DNA of 64,000 nucleotides, from contig MU053513.1 of the NCBI GenBank assembly GCA_013239625.1, forward strand, positions 2,530,927-2,594,926, written 5' to 3'. The notes beneath the pieces were generated by a model, which saw only the letters and a program-made list of their open reading frames with translations, did not search any database and was not told the DNA's origin. Shown here piece by piece: positions 62,446-64,000 of the stretch. Every line of letters starts with the position of its first letter. Position 1 is the first letter of the stretch. This DNA comes from Lama guanicoe. Lineage: Eukaryota. The position numbers and the translations under genes are program-made.

Positions 62446-62768
62446 CAGGCATACCTACCTCAGAGATGTTGTGGGTTTGGTTCCAGATCACCACAATAAA
62501 ATGAATACCATAATAAAATGTTACACAATGTTTTTGCTTTCCCAGAGCATATAAAAGTTATGTTTATACTATACTGTAGTCTGTTAAGTGTGCAATAATA
62601 GCATGATGTCTAAAAAAACAATGTACAGAAATGACATGAAACTCTTCCTTTCACTTCAACACTTAGAGGCCATTGTAAGGTTATTAGTTGGCCTAATTTC
62701 AAAATTGTCTTGTCTCCAGGAATAGGGACACCAGAGGAGAGGGAGAGAGATGGGGGAACAGTGGGTCC
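62446..62768 (-). mobile_element. Internally deleted Tigger1 (TcMar) derivative
   Basis: TIR 'caggcatacct' and 'gtttggttccagatcaccacaataaa...aaaacaatgtaca' are joined directly to 'ctcttcctttcacttcaacacttagaggccattgta', text from the far end of Tigger1. Confidence 0.85.
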
Positions 62769-62774
62769 CCATGG

Positions 62775-64000
62775 TAGCTTTATCCGAAACCACGTGACCA
62801 TGTGTGCATGGTCTAATTCTGGACTTTCTATTCTGTTCAGTTATCACACTACCTTGACAACTGCAGATTTATAGTAAGTCTTGCAATCAGATAGTGTAAA
62901 TCCTCCAACTTTGTGTCTGGTTTCTGAAGTCCCTTTTCTATTAGTTTAGTAGTCAGCTAGTGATTGGATAGAGATTTCCATGAACTCCTGGAACCAAGAA
63001 AGATTGCAGACTTTGCTGAGGGACTCTATGTGCGTGTTGGGACACTCCTTCCACACTCAGCCAGGCAGTTTACAGCTCTAACTTAACCTTTATTTCCTGC
63101 TCCCGTAGAGCCTCAAGGTCAGCAGAAGATGAGACCTTGGGGATTTCTGAAGCTCTCCTGGGTGCACACATAGCCTGAGCATGCACGTGGCCTTTGAGAT
63201 TCCCAGCCATATGTCAGAGCTATTCAAAGCCCTTACAGACATCTAATTTTCTGGTTTTTCCTCCTAAGCTTTTTGGGTAGTTTATTGTTTGTTCCAACGG
63301 TACCTTAGGCAGCAGCAGCTAAAACATTAGCCTGTAAATGTTTTCAACAAATGCCCCATGGGAAGCAGCTTTAGCTTTGGACCAAGTGATAAGAACAAAC
63401 CCTTTGAGCCTGTTTTCCAGGGAGCCACCAAAATCAGAACAAATAATTACAAGTCCCTCAAATGAGGCTCCTTTGCTCCCTCTGGTTTGGGGAATGAGGG
63501 CTGTTATCTTCATGGCAACTGCTGGGCTGAGAAGCAGGGGAGGGGACTGGGGTAAGTTAAAATGCCACAAAGTCCTCTATTCTTACTGAGAATTAGCTAT
63601 TTTTGTTGAATAACTGCGATCCAGACTGCTGCAAGCCTTGGGGTTAATTGTCCGAGTTCGGAAAAAGTTGATCCATTCTGAAAGTTTTTGTCAGTTTCTC
63701 CATTGCTTTTATGGAGGAACAGAAATGGGATCTCCTGGCTCCGCCGTTGTCGCTGGTGTCTTTCCTGTAACGGATTTTTCTTCTGTGAAGGAGTTGCATT
63801 TTCCTGATTCTTTACATGCCTCCCAGTTTTTTATTAGAGCTTAGACATTGTGAACTTCACAGTGTTGGATGCTGGCTTGCGGTGAATTCCTTTAAATACT
63901 GCCGGGCTTTGTTCTGGGATGTAGTCAAATTACTTAGAATAAGTTTTGTTCTTTAAAGGCTTATTTTTAATCAGGAGCTAATTTTGCTCCATTACTAATT
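62775..64000 (-). mobile_element. Old L1 fragments (ORF2 piece, L1M4-like 5' region, further L1)
   Basis: 'ttatagtaagtcttgcaatcagatagtgtaaatcctccaactttgt' and 'cactcagccaggcagtttacagctct...gagcctcaaggtcagc...gcatgcacgtggcc'. Confidence 0.75.

Noticed and set aside
1..64000. CRISPR arrays, operons, prokaryotic defence systems, processed pseudogenes
   Set aside because: No regularly spaced repeats or dense ORFs, and no mRNA-like poly-A/TSD unit other than L1s and SINEs; the DNA is mammalian.

Overview
This is mammalian, repeat-rich, non-coding DNA, very probably camelid (alpaca, llama or camel). The basis is four tRNA-derived SINEs of the Vic-1 type plus artiodactyl-type L1 3' ends. I find no supportable protein-coding gene. 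The ORFs in the track are chance ORFs or decayed L1 ORF1/ORF2 and hAT-transposase fragments. A large part of the window is recognisable interspersed repeats (L1, L2, MIR, MaLR/ERV LTRs, hAT and Tigger DNA transposons), often nested. The non-repeat part holds a small CpG island with a splice donor (~29.1-29.5 kb) and a promoter-like purine-rich block followed by a clean 103-nt + strand exon candidate (14918-15020). It also holds an L2-derived REST/RE1 motif, CTCF-like motifs and several repeat-free enhancer-like blocks. The strong minus-strand bias of L1s and LTRs suggests the window lies in the 5'/intronic part of a large + strand gene, possibly neuronal, which I cannot name. I see no evidence of a new biological system. 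The most notable items are a twin-primed L1 with a 3' transduction that forms a ~140-bp hairpin, and the candidate regulatory architecture. Repeat family names are from memory of consensus sequences, not database searches, and boundaries are approximate.
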